DNA of 64,000 nt from Felis catus. Taxonomy: Eukaryota. How positions within the stretch are numbered: the stretch's first letter is position 1; each line of letters begins with the position of its first letter. This document shows positions 1 through 13,249 of this stretch, in pieces. The notes below the pieces were generated by a model, which was not told the origin of the DNA, ran no database searches, and was given only the letters and a program-made list of their open reading frames with translations. Location: positions 15,254,001 through 15,318,000 of the forward strand of contig NC_058383.1 of NCBI RefSeq assembly GCF_018350175.1, read 5' to 3'. The translations under genes and the position numbers were made by a program.

Positions 1-139
1 CTCAAAGTCCACATACAATGGATAAAGTAGAAACACACAAAAATAAAAAAGAACACTAACAACAAAAAAAGACTCCTACATTTCATTTGAATTTTCACAC
101 TCCTAAGGAGGGCTCTTGTACAATCTTAGTGTTGGTTCT

Positions 140-336
140 TTTTTTTTTTTTTTTTAATGTTTATTTATTTATTACGGGAGGGAAGGGCAGAGAGAGAGGG
201 AGAGAGAGAATCCCAAGGAGGCCCCACATTATCAGTACAAGCCCGATGCAGGGCTCAAACCCACAAACCATGAGATCATGACCTGAGCTGAGGTCAAGGG
301 TCGGGCACTTAACGACTGCGCCCCCCAGGTGGCCCC
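140..336 (-). mobile_element. Can-SINE (SINEC_Fc-type)
   Basis: Poly-T, GA tract and reverse-complemented tRNA-derived head. Confidence 0.9.
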
Positions 337-1339
337 AGCGTTGGCTATTTTCTAAGTCTGGTCCCGCAAACACACAGTAATACTTACAAACGAAACCTTG
401 GGAAAGTGCCAGTGAGAGGATGGATGAGAGGCTGCCAGGCCCTCTCATAATTCAGAAGTGCATGTGAACTGGGAAGGAGAGGAGATCCCAGGTTAGTTTG
501 AGGGAGAAGTGATCTGGGAATTCAAAAAAAGAGAGTGCTTACTGTAGTCCTTCTTAAACTTCCCAGATTTATGGATTTTGTTCTTGACTATCCTAGCGAC
601 AACTGCGTCGTTTGTTCCGTGGCTGAGAGGAGGCACAGATCACTTCCAAGTGCACCTGACTGCCTGCGACTGTGGAGCCCCGAGCAAAGTTGCCTCCTTT
701 TTCTGGGTTTGCTGGTGACAAGTAGAATTCACATGGCAACAGCTGCCCGAGGAACCACTTTGAGAAGCAAAACTACAACAATGTGACTGAATTCTAGATA
801 TATCCAAGTGCAATTAAAAAGCTTTTAAATCTGGAAACTCAATTTCTGGAATTTCTATCTTAATCTACAGTTTTGTTGGAATAGAGCTAAGTCCTCTCAG
901 CCGTGTCACCAAAATGCCACTTTTCTCTGACATTTCTCTGCATGTAATTACTGGGAGCAACCAGGCCTCTGACAAGCATGAGTTCTACATGTATCACAGA
1001 AAGTAAAATATTCTGTCGGTAGGTTCTTTTGGGAAAACACTGCACAAAACCTAAATGGTGACACGCAATTCCTTCTTACTCCAAGAAAGGAGGGCTCAGG
1101 GAGAGGACACCTCTTCCTTCCCTTCCTCTGTAGACTGCAAGTTTATACGTCTAAGAGGGAGGCCTCTGTGATCAATGCTGAATTATGCAGAAGGCTTCAA
1201 ATTTGGCAAAACTTTCCCAGAGGTGGCTTTGAAGGAGGTCCACCAGACTCCTCGGTGAACTGGGAGGGGATCCGCCTGGTTTTCAGTGGATACCTGCCTC
1301 TGTTTCCCCACCTTGTGACTGTTCTGTAGCATTTAGGAG

Positions 1340-1512
1340 ATGGCATGATGTCATAGTCAAAGTAGGCTTTGTATTTTGAAACATCTGGGATTGAATTCTA
1401 ACTCTGCTTGTACTCTCTCAGCCTGAGGTTTCTCCTTTAAAACATGAGGAAAAACAATATTTATAATTCATCGTATTTTTATAAGAATTAAATGAACTAA
1501 TGCATACACAGC
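1340..1512 (+). mobile_element. MIR SINE remnant
   Basis: MIR core-like sequence (…gtttctcctttaaaacatgagg…attaaatgaactaatgcat). Confidence 0.65.
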
Positions 1513-2026
1513 ATTATCAAAGTAAACTTAATAACTGTTATTGGTTGAGTTTATCAGCAGACACCAAAGTAAGGAATGACACCAGACAGCTCATCAGTGA
1601 TGAAAGGTTCTAGAAAATTATGCTGGAAGACAACAGAATAATATCTGTAAATGCTCAGAGGAAATACCTCCACTTAGACTTATCCACTCTGATCATCTAT
1701 TATTCATGAGAGAACGTGAAATAAAGACGTTTCAGAGGGAACGAAGACTGAGTTTACCATTCTAGCGAAAAGAAAATTGTACCCAGCAGAATCAATGGAT
1801 GCAAGAAGCAAAGGGGAACCAAGAAAGTGGGGTTTACATGGATCCATCAACACAACCATTAACTGTGCAAAAGAATCCCAGGAAGACCTTGTATTGTGCT
1901 GAAGGAGGATGGCGATGTTGATTAACTTTAGAGTTAAACTAAGTATAAATTTCAAAATATTGGAGTACAAGATTCTGAGCAGATGGTGGAGTAGCAGAAG
2001 CACCAGGAATCCTTCTTCCCATCCAC

Positions 2027-2256
2027 GGAGCACCTGGCACGGCTCAGGTGGTGGAGCTTATGACCCTTGATCTCGGGGTTGTGAGTTCAAGCCCCCACAC
2101 TGGATGTACAGATAATTAAAAATAGAATCTTAAATAAAAATTTTAAAAAGGCGCCTACCTGGCTCAGTCAGAAGAGTATGTGACTCTTGACCTCAAGATT
2201 GAGTTCAAGCCCCACGATGGGTGGAGAGATTACTTAAATAAATAAATCTTAAAAAA
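2027..2256 (+). mobile_element. Two short, older tRNA-derived carnivore SINEs in tandem (no CT tract)
   Basis: Two A-box/B-box (gagttcaagccc) units, each followed by an A-rich tail. Confidence 0.8.
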
Positions 2257-3391
2257 TCATTCTTCTCACCCAAACAAAAATTATACTGGCAGAATCTGTC
2301 TGATATAACTACTTTGGAACTCTGGACTCTAGTCGAAGGCTTCTAACTTTCAAGGAAAGGTGTGGACTGTAAAGTACAGTTAATTTTAGTCAGTTTCAAC
2401 TTGGATGGCAGTAGCTATCCATCCCCCATGGCCCACCCCCATAGCAGGCAACTGTGACCTGTTCTTGGGACAGCCTGCACGCAGCCTGTGGGAGACAGGC
2501 TGGGCAGTAAGGACCCTGTCCTCCAAACACTGGGGATCTGCTCTCTGTCGCCTGCTGCTTCTGATCAGAGTACAGATATAGTGGCAGCCATTGGTACCCA
2601 TTCCGCCATTGCAGAAAGCCTCTCCCCTTCCTGCTGAAGTGACTTCCAGGGGAATAAAGGGCTAGTGCTCCCCATCACCTTCCACTTTCCTTTTTTTCCC
2701 CTTTTAGGAGAGAGACATTAAAGACTAGAAGATTCAAAAGCAACAACAGATGGGTGGAAATTAGAAAGTAATCACATATTCCCAGGGAAAGATTCAGGAA
2801 TAAATTCAAATTACTGTTATATCTTTAGGATATTAGATGCAATCCCCATGGCCCACAAAGAAATAGCCATAGAATATAAGCAAAAGGAAATGTGAAAGGA
2901 ATTAAAACGTTTCAATACAAAAAAACAACTAAACACAAAAGAAGATGGTAATACAGGCAATGAGGGACAAAGAAGCTATATAAGGCATATGGAAAACAAA
3001 TAGCAAAATGACATAAGTCCCTTTTTATCAGTAATCATTTTAAATGTAAATGGATTAAACTCTCCACTCAAACAAAAAAAAAAACAGAGATTGAATGGAC
3101 CAAACACACACATACATACACACACACACACACACCAACAATATGCTATCTATAAGAGCCTTACTTTATCTCCAAAGACACACACAGGTTGAAAACAAAA
3201 GGACAGAAAAAGATATTCCATGCAGTCACCAAAAGACAGCAGGAGTGGCTACAGTAATATCACACAAAACAGACTTCAAGTTAAAAGATTTCAAGTTAAA
3301 AGATTATAAGACAGAAAGAAGGACAAATATACAATTTATATTAATTAAAGGTTTAATGCAGCAAGAAACAATAATTAGAAATGTTTGTATA

Positions 3392-3625
3392 GGGGCGCCT
3401 GGGTGGCTCAGCTGGTTAAGCGGCCGACTTCGGCTCAGGTCATGATCTCGCAGTCCATGAGTTTGAGCCCCACATCGGGCTCTCTGCTGACTGCTCAGAG
3501 CCTGGAGCCTGTTTCAGATTCTGTGTCTCCCTCTCTCTCTGACCCTCCCCCGTTCATGCTCTGTCTCTCTCTGTCTCAAAAATAAATAAACGTTATAAAA
3601 AAAAAATTAAAAAAGAAAAAAAAAA
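3392..3625 (+). mobile_element. Can-SINE with TSD agaaatgtttgtata
   Basis: Full head, CT tract, poly-A and flanking direct repeat. Confidence 0.93.
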
Positions 3626-4934
3626 AAGAAATGTTTGTATATCTGGTACCAGATCATCAAAATACTGAAACAGATACTGGCTGAATTGAAGGGAGGAACA
3701 GATAGTTCTACAGTAATAACTGGAGAGTTCAGTACCCCATTCTCAACCATGGATAAAACAACCAGATAGAAAGAAACAAAGGACTTGAACAACACAAGAA
3801 ATCAGCTAGATCTAACAGAACATTCTGCCCAAGAACACAAAATACACATTCTTCTCAAGTTTTCACCATTTTCTAGGACAGACCGTATATTATACCACAA
3901 ATGAAGTCTAAATAGATTTTAAGAGACAGACATCATATAAAGTATCTTCTCTAATCATAATGGGATGAAGCTAAGTATCTGTAACAAAAGGAAAACTACA
4001 AAATGCAGACATTTGTGGATGTTAAACAACACACTCCTACACAACCAATGGATCAAAGAAGAAATCATATGGAAATTAGCAAATACGTTAAGAGACTAAG
4101 TGAAAAAGAAAACACAACATACCAAAACTTATGGGACAGAGCAAAAGCAGTACTGAGAGGGAAATTTATAGCTAAAAATGTTTACTTTAAACAAGGAGAA
4201 AGATCTCAAATTGACAACCTAACTTTACAACTTAAGGAACAAGAAAAAGAATTAAGCCAAAAGTGAGCAAAAGAATGGAAACAATAATGGTTAGTACAGA
4301 GATGAAATAGAGAATAGAAAAATAGGGGGAAAAAAACTGAGACCAAAAGCTGGTTCTTCAAAGAGGCCAACAAAATTGACAAACCTTTAGCTAGACTAAG
4401 AAAAAAAGAGAAAAGACTCAAATTACTAAAATTAGAAATAAAAGTAGGGACATTACTACTGATTCTACAGAAGTAAAAGGGATTATGAAAAATTATTATA
4501 AATGTACACCAACAAATTGGATAATCTTGACGAAATGGACAAATTCCTAGAAACACAAAACCTACTAAGACTAAATCACAAAGATACAGAAAATATGAAT
4601 AGACCGATAATTAGTAAGGAGACTGAGTCAGTAACCAAAAATCTCCCCCCCATGCCCCACCAAAAAAAAGCCCTGGACCACACTGATGAATTCTATTACA
4701 CTTTAAAAGAACTAATATCAATCTTTCTCAAACTTTTCCAAAAACTGAAGGAGAGGGAATATTTTCTAACTCAGACCATGAGGCCTGCCTGCTAAAGCCA
4801 GATAAAGATATTACCAAAAAAAAACCCAAAAAAATCCACAAAGCACCAATATCCCTTATGAACAATGATGCAAAAATCCTCAACAGTATAATATCAAAGC
4901 AAATTCAGAAGCATGTTAAAAGGATCCTACACCA

Positions 4935-5412
4935 GTGGCACCTGGGTGGCTCAGTCAGTTAAGCGTCTGACTCTGGATTTCAGCTCAGATCATGATCTCA
5001 CAGTTTGTGGGGTCGAGCCTCGTGTCAGGCTCTGTGCTGACAGCTCAGAGACTGGAGCCTGCTTTGGATTCTGTGTCTCCCTCTCTCCCTGCCCCTCCCC
5101 TACTCCTGCTCTGTCTCTCTCTCTGTCAAAAATAAATAAACATTAGAACAAAAAACAAGAAAAAAAAAAAAAACAACAAGGGACATATGGGATGCTTGGG
5201 TGGCTCAGTCAGTTATACGTCCAACTTTGGCTGGGTCATGATCTCACAGCTTGTGAGTTCGAGCCCCGCGTCGCATTCTGTGCTGACAGCTCAGAGCTTG
5301 GAGCCTGCTTCAGATTCTGTGTCTCCTTCTCTCTCTACCCCTCCCCTACTCCATGCTCTGTCTGCCTCTCTCAAAAATAAATAAACATTATTAAACAGTA
5401 AAAAATTAAAAA
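4935..5412 (+). mobile_element. Two tandem Can-SINEs inside L1
   Basis: Two complete head/CT/A-tail units. Confidence 0.9.
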
Positions 5413-5849
5413 ACAACTGTAAACATCAGATTAAGTGGTGAAAGACTGAAAGCTTTTCCTCTACTATCACTTAACAAGACAAGGATGCCTACTTTCATCA
5501 CTTCCATTTATCATACTACTGGCAGTTCTAGCCAGAGCAACTGGGCAAGAAAAAGAAGTAAAAGACATCCAAGTAAGGAAGGAGAAGTAAAATTATCTCC
5601 GTTTGCAGACGATATGATCTTATATGTAGGTGTGCCTTTTCTTGAGAATTTGGCACTTGAGATTGAACCAAGTGGTGGTAGATGCTTAAGCTAAGTTGGG
5701 GCTACAGCCACCATATCAGGGGATATGAAAAATAAAGAAGCAAAAGAAGCCAAGGGAAAAGGAGGGAGGAAAGGAAAAAGAGAAGGAGCTGGTCAGAAAG
5801 GCTGACAGATGGGTAGATAGGAGTGTGGCTTAACAACTACTTGTTCCAG

Positions 5850-8800
5850 AAAGATTCATTAGTGAATTCAATCAAACATTTAAGAAATAACACCAATACT
5901 CCCTATCTATTCCAGAAAATAGAGGCAGAAGAAACACTTCTTAACTCATTCTAAGAGACCAGCATTGCCCTAATACCACAATGAGATAAAGACTTTACAA
6001 AAAAGGAAAACTACAAAACAGTAACTGTGATGAACATATATGTAAAAAAATCAATGAAATATTAGTAAGTCAAATCCAACAATGTATAAAAAAATTATAC
6101 ACCACAACCAATAATACCAATAAAACCATGGATTTATTCCAGGTATGGTAAGGCTGGTTCAACATTTGAAAATCAATTAATGTAATACATCACGTCAACA
6201 AGCTAAAGAAGAGAAATGAAACTGATCATATCATTAATTGCAGAGAAAGTATTTGACAAAAATCCAAACCAATTTATGATTAAAAACTCTCAGCAAACTA
6301 GAAATAGAGGGAAATGTCTTCAACCTGATACATAGTTACCAAAAACCTACAGTAAACATCATATTTAAGTGAGAGACCAGTTGCTTTCCCACTAAAATCA
6401 GAATCTAAGCAAGAATGTCCCCTTTTACCATTTCTATTCAACATCATATAGAAGCACTAGCCAATACAGTAAGATTGAAAATGGAAATAAAAGATATACA
6501 GATTGGGAAGAAAGAGATGCATAGATGATGTGATTAGTAATCGATGTAGAAAAAAACAAAAAATTAACACTAACAAAACACCCTCCTGACTAATAAGTGA
6601 TTACGGCATGACTGCGCTATATGAGTTAATACATAAAAACTAGCTGCTTTCTCATATACTAACAATGAACAAGTGGAATTTGAAATTAAAAACACAGTAC
6701 CATGCTCATTAGCATCAAAAAATGAAACACTTGGGGCGCCTGGGTGGCTCAGTTGGTTGGGCTTCTGACTTCGGCTCAGGTCATGATCTTGCGGTTTGTG
6801 AGTTTCAGCCCCGCGTCGGGCTCTGTGTTGACGGCTCGGAGCCTGGAGCCTGCTTCAGATTCTGTGTCTCCCTCTCTCTCTGTCCCCCCCCCCCCCATTC
6901 ATGCTCTGTCTCTCTCTGTCTCAAAAATAGATAAAACATTTTTTAAAAAATTTTAAAAACATGAAACACTTATGTATAAATCTAATGAAATATGTACAGG
7001 ATCTATATGCAGGAAATAAAACCTGAAAAAAGTCATGGGAGATCTAAATAAGAGATATTTCATGTTCATGGATTGGAAGACTGAATATTGTCAATTTTTC
7101 CTAGCTTAATCTGTAGATTCAACTTGCTCCCAAACAAAACCCTAGTAGGCTAGTTTATAGGTATTAACAAATGGATTCTAAAGTTTTTATGGAAAGGCAA
7201 AAGACTTAGAATAGCCAACCCAAGAAGCCAGTTGGCATGTTGGAGGACTGGCATCACCCAATTTCAAGACTTACAATAAAGCTAACAGAAGTCACGATTG
7301 CACAGCATTGGTGAAAGAATGGACATATAGATCGATGTAACAATATACAGGCCAGAAATAGACACACACAAATGTAGTCTACTGATCTTTGAAAAAGGAG
7401 GAAGGGCAATTAAATGGAGAAAGAATAATCTTTCCAACAAATGGTACTTCAACAACTTGACATCTGCATACAAAACAAACAACAAAATATCAATATAAAT
7501 CTCATAGTTTTTGAGACAGATCTTAGACCCAAACATAAAATATAAAACTATAAAATTTCTAGAAGATAACATAGGATGAAATCCAGCATCACCCATGAAA
7601 GAAAAAGTTGATAAGCCAGATTTTATTAATTAAAAATGTTTGCTCTGAGAAAGGCACAGTTAAGAGAATGAAAAGTCACAGACCGGAAGAAAATATTTGC
7701 AAAACTCATCTGGTAAATGGAAAGTATCGAAAATATGTAAAGAATTCTTAAAACTCAACAATAAGAAAATAACCAACCCAACTAAAACATGAGGAAAAGA
7801 TCTGAACAGATACCTCACTAAAGAAAATGTACAGATTGCAAATAAGCCTACTTAAAGATGTTCATCTTTTTATGACATCACATGTCATGTGGTTTTCAAA
7901 CCTATACAACTTTATAGCACAAATACTGACCCTTAAAGTATGAAAATTAAAAAAAAAAATCATTTAGGAGGTCAGGGGGTCCCAGGAAGAGGTGCAGACC
8001 GTGTGTGAGAATCTAACTCTGCTACAAATGTATGAAATAACTTCACTGAAGTGGAGAAAGAGAAAAAGGCGCTGACCTAAGTAATTCTGGAAATGAGCGG
8101 AGCCTCTAAGACTAGAGGCAAAAGGAACTACAAACAAGCACTGTATTCTTGGGTTAAACGTTCTGATACTGCTACACATGTATGTTGGAACTGAACAATT
8201 AAGTAAACAGATGACGGCTATTAGGAGCTAGGTTTCTCACTGTTAGAGGAGAAGTTTTCAAATTAGTAAGGAGAGGAGCCTACAGTGAGTTATGTTAGCA
8301 ACGGATTAGAGTTTGAGACATCAGTATGTTTAGCTTCATCTAGATACAAATGGTTACAGGTGGAAGTATTTACAGACATGTGTATATACGAAGGCTAGAA
8401 TATATATACAATGTCTTTGCTCTGTTACACCTTTTAGAGAGCCTAAAAGAAGAAACAACACCCTAGTCAACAACAAGCACACCTTCACCCAGATCTTGGT
8501 TTCTAACACCATTCTTCAATAAAAGGAACCAGGGCTCCTGAAGAAATGACTGATTCTAGGATTGGAGCAAGAAAAATACAAGATGAGCTTGGAGTATCTT
8601 GTAGTGCCAGAAAGTAAGGAAGTGCTCAAAACAAAAACAAATAAAACCTCCGACCCTGAAGGGGGGTATGTTAAAAGAGCAAAAGAGGCAACTGGAAGAG
8701 ATCATAGCGGCCACAGCTAGAACAATTTGAGCAAAGGAAATAGAGTACAACTGGATTATAACCCAAAGTATAAACTGAATACTATAAATCCATACTGTTA

Positions 8801-9200
8801 TAAAAAAAAGATTGAATACATTAATAAATGGGAAGAAGAGACAAACCTATTTATGTAGATATCTCACCCTCAAGGATGTGGAGCCTAACTCTCACTCCTT
8901 ACATATGGGCTATAGATAGTGACTTCTTTCCAAAGAGTAATGTACAGAAAGGGGGAGGGGAAGAGTAAATTAACAGTAGAGAAAGCTGACAAACACTACC
9001 TCGACTTGCTGACCAAGGTCAACATCACTAGTTGGAAATCTAAATAAACTATGGACTTTAGCTAATAATGTAGCAATTTTGGTTCATTAATTGTAACCTA
9101 TATACTATACTAACGAAAGATGTTAATAACAGGGAAACTCTAGGGTACAGAGGAAATCTTTATACTATCTTATCAAGTTTGCTGTAAATCCCAATCTGTA
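5850..9200 (+). mobile_element. Second old L1 (RT region to L1MC/MD-type 3' UTR), interrupted by a SINE at 6733-6955
   Basis: Decayed RT-region motifs (ggatttattccaggtatg…ggctggttcaacatttgaaaatcaatt) followed by a long 3' UTR. Confidence 0.85.
6733..6955 (+). mobile_element. Can-SINE with TSD atgaaacactt
   Basis: Full element with direct repeat. Confidence 0.93.
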
Positions 9201-9219
9201 GGTACTAAGGCATAAAGTC

Positions 9220-9449
9220 TTTTTTTTTTTTTTTAATTTTTTTTTTCAACGTTTATTTATTTTTGGGACAGAGAGAGACAGAGCATGAACAGGGGAGGGG
9301 CAGAGAGAGAGGGAGACACAGAATCAGAAACAGGCTCCAGGCTCTGAGCCATCAGCCCAGAGCCCGACGTGGGGCTCAAACTCACAGACCGCGAGATCGT
9401 GACCTGGCTGAAGTCGGACGCTTAACCGACTGCGCCACCCAGGCGCCCC
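9220..9449 (-). mobile_element. Young-type Can-SINE, TSD taaagtct
   Basis: Reverse-complement consensus with many CpGs retained. Confidence 0.93.
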
Positions 9450-10003
9450 TAAAGTCTACTTTTTTAAAAAAAAAGGAAGAAATTACGTTTTAAAACAATG
9501 ATCTGTGGATTTCTGGAAGCTGTACATGTGATCTACTACTTGGTTTCCACTGGTGGTGATCCGCTATAATAGGACATCATGAACATGCAGGGAGGAAGGA
9601 CTTCAGTGTTTCTGAACTAAAACCATCAGCAGAGTATATTGGGTTCATCATGGTCTCATTAGTTTGCAAACTGACAGGTCCAAGGTTACATCTGAGCTGC
9701 TAATGGAAAACACTGAGGCAGAAGGGGGACTGTATCTCCTTGTCCCAGCTGCTTTGTCCAAAGCACACAGGCAGGTCCACCTTCCTCGAGTAGACTGTTT
9801 CCAGTGGGCAGCTGTACTTCTCTTTGTCCCTCAAGCTCAGCTTTAGAACCAAAACATGCTGACTTGAGTTTGTTTGTTTTTCCTTGGTTCAAAGAAACTC
9901 ACTGAACTTTCTACTCCCACTCACTAAAGAAACCGCCTCTTATCAAGAGCAGAAACACCTTTATCAAGAGTCTAAACAACACCTCTAAATGACAGAACTG
10001 TTC

Positions 10004-10428
10004 AGACAGCTGGGTGGCTCAGTCAGTTGAGCAGCTGACTTTTTTTTTTTTTTAATGTTTATTTATTTTTGAGAGAGAGAGAGAAGGACAGAATGAGTGA
10101 GGGGAGGGGCAAAAGATATGAAGCGGGCTCTGTGGCAATAGCAGAAAGCCCAATGTGGGGCTCAAACTCACAAACCAAAAGATCATGACATGAGCTGAGG
10201 CTGGAGACTCAACCGACTGAGCCACCCGGGGGCCCAAAGCAGCGGACTTGATTTTGGCTCAGGCCATGATCTGATTTTGGCTAAGGTCATGATCTCATGA
10301 TTCGTCCCACATTGGCTCCCTGCAGAGAGCGATTCTTGGGATTCTCTCCTCTCTCTCTGTGCCTCCCTCCACTCACACACTCTCTTTCAAAATAAATAAA
10401 TGGACTGTTAAAAAAACAACAACAAAAA
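10004..10428 (+). mobile_element. Can-SINE with a nested antisense Can-SINE (10041-10235)
   Basis: Host head is interrupted after ~37 nt. Inner TSD gagcagctgact/aagcagcggact; host TSD aactgttc. Confidence 0.88.
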
Positions 10429-10999
10429 ACTGTTCTACAGAGATTAAAAAAAATAATAACCCACTAACAACTATGAAATGCTTTGTATGTGGAATAGCAT
10501 ATGGCAATAACAAGGGCATTTGTACTGCAAATGACCACAGAGTATTCTGGGTATGGATAGGGTAATGCAGATTATAATGGATTCTCCAGAGGCTGTTTGA
10601 TGCTGTGAAAATTTTACAAGTTAATGCATAATCTTTAAAGGTCACCTAAATGTAAATATTCAACCAATGCTTGGAATCTCTCTAGAATTTTTTTTTTTTC
10701 TTTTAAAGAATTCACCTTACATCTTGGGTTATGTGGTATCCTGGATCAGAGAATTCAAAATTTTTGAAATGGATCAAGAAAGAAATGCCACAATGGAGGG
10801 ATTTTCAATGCTGCACTTTATGGCAATGTTCTTTTTTCTGCTAGCTAACTTTACTAGAATCAGAAAAGTACAATCTAGTAGATAGGAGAGACTTTCCAAA
10901 AGCATGGATTGGCATCAGATTCCTGCTACAGAAAAACAGAAGAAATGGTGAATAGGAAAACAACTGGATTTAACAAGTAGCAGGTCACTGATGACCTAT

Positions 11000-11600
11000 A
11001 AAAGCAAACTCAGTTGAGTATTTATTTGTTGAATAAAGGAATGAATGAATGAATAAATAATAAGGAAGAAGGTAGAGATACAGCAAAATGAGCAAGGACG
11101 ATTCGGCAACTGCTCTCGGAAGGTACAACTGTGAAAAAGGGAAGGAGACGAAAGTGAAGAGGCTGTTAGTTCACTAAACAAACACCAAGAATCTACTATG
11201 CATCAGCTCCTCTAGGAAGTGCTAGAGATGACAGTCCTTGTGTTCCAGGAACCCACAAGTCCTTAGGAAGGCAGCCTTACCTATGTGCATATAGATCTGA
11301 GAGAAGTGACCCGCAAGGAGGTTTGTTTTACAGTTTTAAGGAGAATTCAGCAGGTGAACTGAGATGGGGCAGGGTGGTGAATGCATTTCTGGCAGAAGAG
11401 GTAGGTATCTTGGGCAAACACAGAGGAAAGAATCATGGCAGTATCTTGTAAAGGGGTAGGGCAGGGGGCCGCCTGAAATAAAGCCAAAAAGGCCCTAATT
11501 GTGAAAGCCATCATGATTCAGATAAAATATCTAGGTTTTTCTTTTGCATGCACTGTGAGATAAAAACATGGCAGGGAAACAATGAGCTTGGGGGTGGCAG
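11000..11600. mobile_element. L2 remnants
   Basis: L2 3' tail motif tatttgttgaataaaggaatgaatgaatgaa followed by degenerate L2-like sequence. Confidence 0.5.
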
Positions 11601-11775
11601 GATAAACAATGAGGTTGTTAAATGGCCAACACCCACTCTGTTATTTATGAACTCAATGATTTGTTTTATGGATTTGTCTACTCTTTAGGTTTTGTTTTGT
11701 CTTCTTCTGTTTCTTTCCTCTGTTTGGTTTTTGGTTATATCTCTGTTTTTAGTACCCTTAAAAACGCATCCATCT

Positions 11776-12010
11776 GGGGCGCCTGGGTGGCGCAGTCGGT
11801 TAAGCGTCCGACTTCAGCCAGGTCACAATCTTGCGGTCCGTGAGTTCGAGCCCCGCGTCAGGCTCTGGGCTGATGGCTCGGAGCCTGGAGCCTGTTTCTG
11901 ATTCTGTGTCTCCCTCTCTCTCTGCCCCTCCCCCGTTCATGCTCTGTCTCTCTCTGTCCCAAAAATAAATAAACGTTGAAAAAAAAAAAATTAAAAAAAA
12001 ACAAAAAAAA
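11776..12010 (+). mobile_element. Young-type Can-SINE, TSD aaaaacgcatccatctg
   Basis: Perfect long TSD and long poly-A. Confidence 0.95.
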
Positions 12011-12329
12011 AAAAAACGCATCCATCTGTAAACTGCTAGCCTACTTCTTAAATGGGACCTGATAGGCTCTGATTAGGATCAGGCAAAGATGTTCTCACAG
12101 AAGTTTCAGGAAAATCTTTCCAGTAACACTGCAGGGGCAGCCCTGTAACCATACTGGGTGACACTTAATAAACATAAATAAAACATAATAAAACATAATA
12201 AACATAAATAAAGAAAATCAGTTTATGTGGAAATAATCTACTGATGACACAGTGTGCGAAGTGGACTGGCATGCTGGTCACTGAGGAGATACTATACCAA
12301 AAACCGTAAATGTCAAAACTGTGTGGTCA

Positions 12330-13200
12330 TAGACTTCTGATGCTAGCCAAAATGGAGGAAACGCACGTCTTCGTATTTCTCCCACTGAACAGCTAAAATC
12401 CCTCAATAGTATATGTAAAGCAAACGTAAGAAGGCTTTGAAGGTAGAGGTAAGAAGGCAGACTGGCTAGGGACCTCGGACCCAAGGAACAACACAGTGAT
12501 ACATTCCCTGGGTTTCATTTTTGGCTCTTCTATCCTTCTGGGTGCGGAAGCCCAGAAGCCTGGTTGAAGCCTGCAATCCAGAAACACCAGCGGGCATAAA
12601 CAATAAAAAAAAAAAAAAATCTTACAGCGCCAAAAAAATCTGCTTTTCTTGGCCAAAGGACCAGGAAAAGAGCAGCCTAGCAAGACACAAAACTTTTAGA
12701 TAATAACCAACCTAGGCCACGAGAAAAATGCCTCATTCTCCCCCCAGTCAGTCAGCACCGAGTGGGGACCCCAGACTTCTACATTTGCCCAGCCATGGTG
12801 AGCCATAACCTCCCTCCTCACTTCTGGGGAGCTGTCAGAGAAGGTGGAGCGGAGGATCCAGCAACCCCAACCCTTCTCTGTGGTCTCAGTGGAGACCCTG
12901 CAGGGAGCACTGACCTCCGCCTGTGGCAGCAAGGTGCCTCTCCCCACCCACGTCAGAGTGGGGGCAGAGGAAGCTTAGCAGAGAGCCAAGACTTTTGCCA
13001 CTGCCTAGGGGCAAGGAGGCCATGTCCATTCCATACCATCCCTGGGGAGCAGTGATGAGGTGGTCCTCCTTTCCTAAATCAGAATGGTATCAGAGGCTAT
13101 TGAGGAGAAAGCCTGAACTTACACCCCCAAATCAGCCACAACAAAGCTCCCCTCCCTCAACAGGTGAATGAAGGCTGAGTAGTGAGCCTGAATGTCTCAG
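12330..13200 (+). mobile_element. Old L1 5' UTR fragment (L1MC/MD-like)
   Basis: Begins agacttctg…gccaaaatggagg and resembles the recalled L1M 5' end. Confidence 0.55.
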
Positions 13201-13249
13201 TAATAAGGCGACACCCACCCACAATACACCTAGGATGAAAGCGAGTTCT

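Larger units (their letters stand above)
1970..5630 (+). mobile_element. Old L1 (L1M-type): 5' region, inter-ORF region and decayed ORF2 endonuclease/linker, interrupted by SINEs
   Basis: ORF2 motifs tttaaatgtaaatggattaaactctcc, [44 protein letters not shown]; many stops and frameshifts. Confidence 0.88.

Noticed and set aside
2027..2256. tRNA genes
   Set aside because: The A/B boxes belong to SINE heads with A-rich tails. No intact cloverleaf.
4680..6530. Apparent tandem duplication of the L1 RT region (4680-5630 versus 5860-6530)
   Set aside because: The copies are too diverged and are better explained as two independent old L1 insertions.
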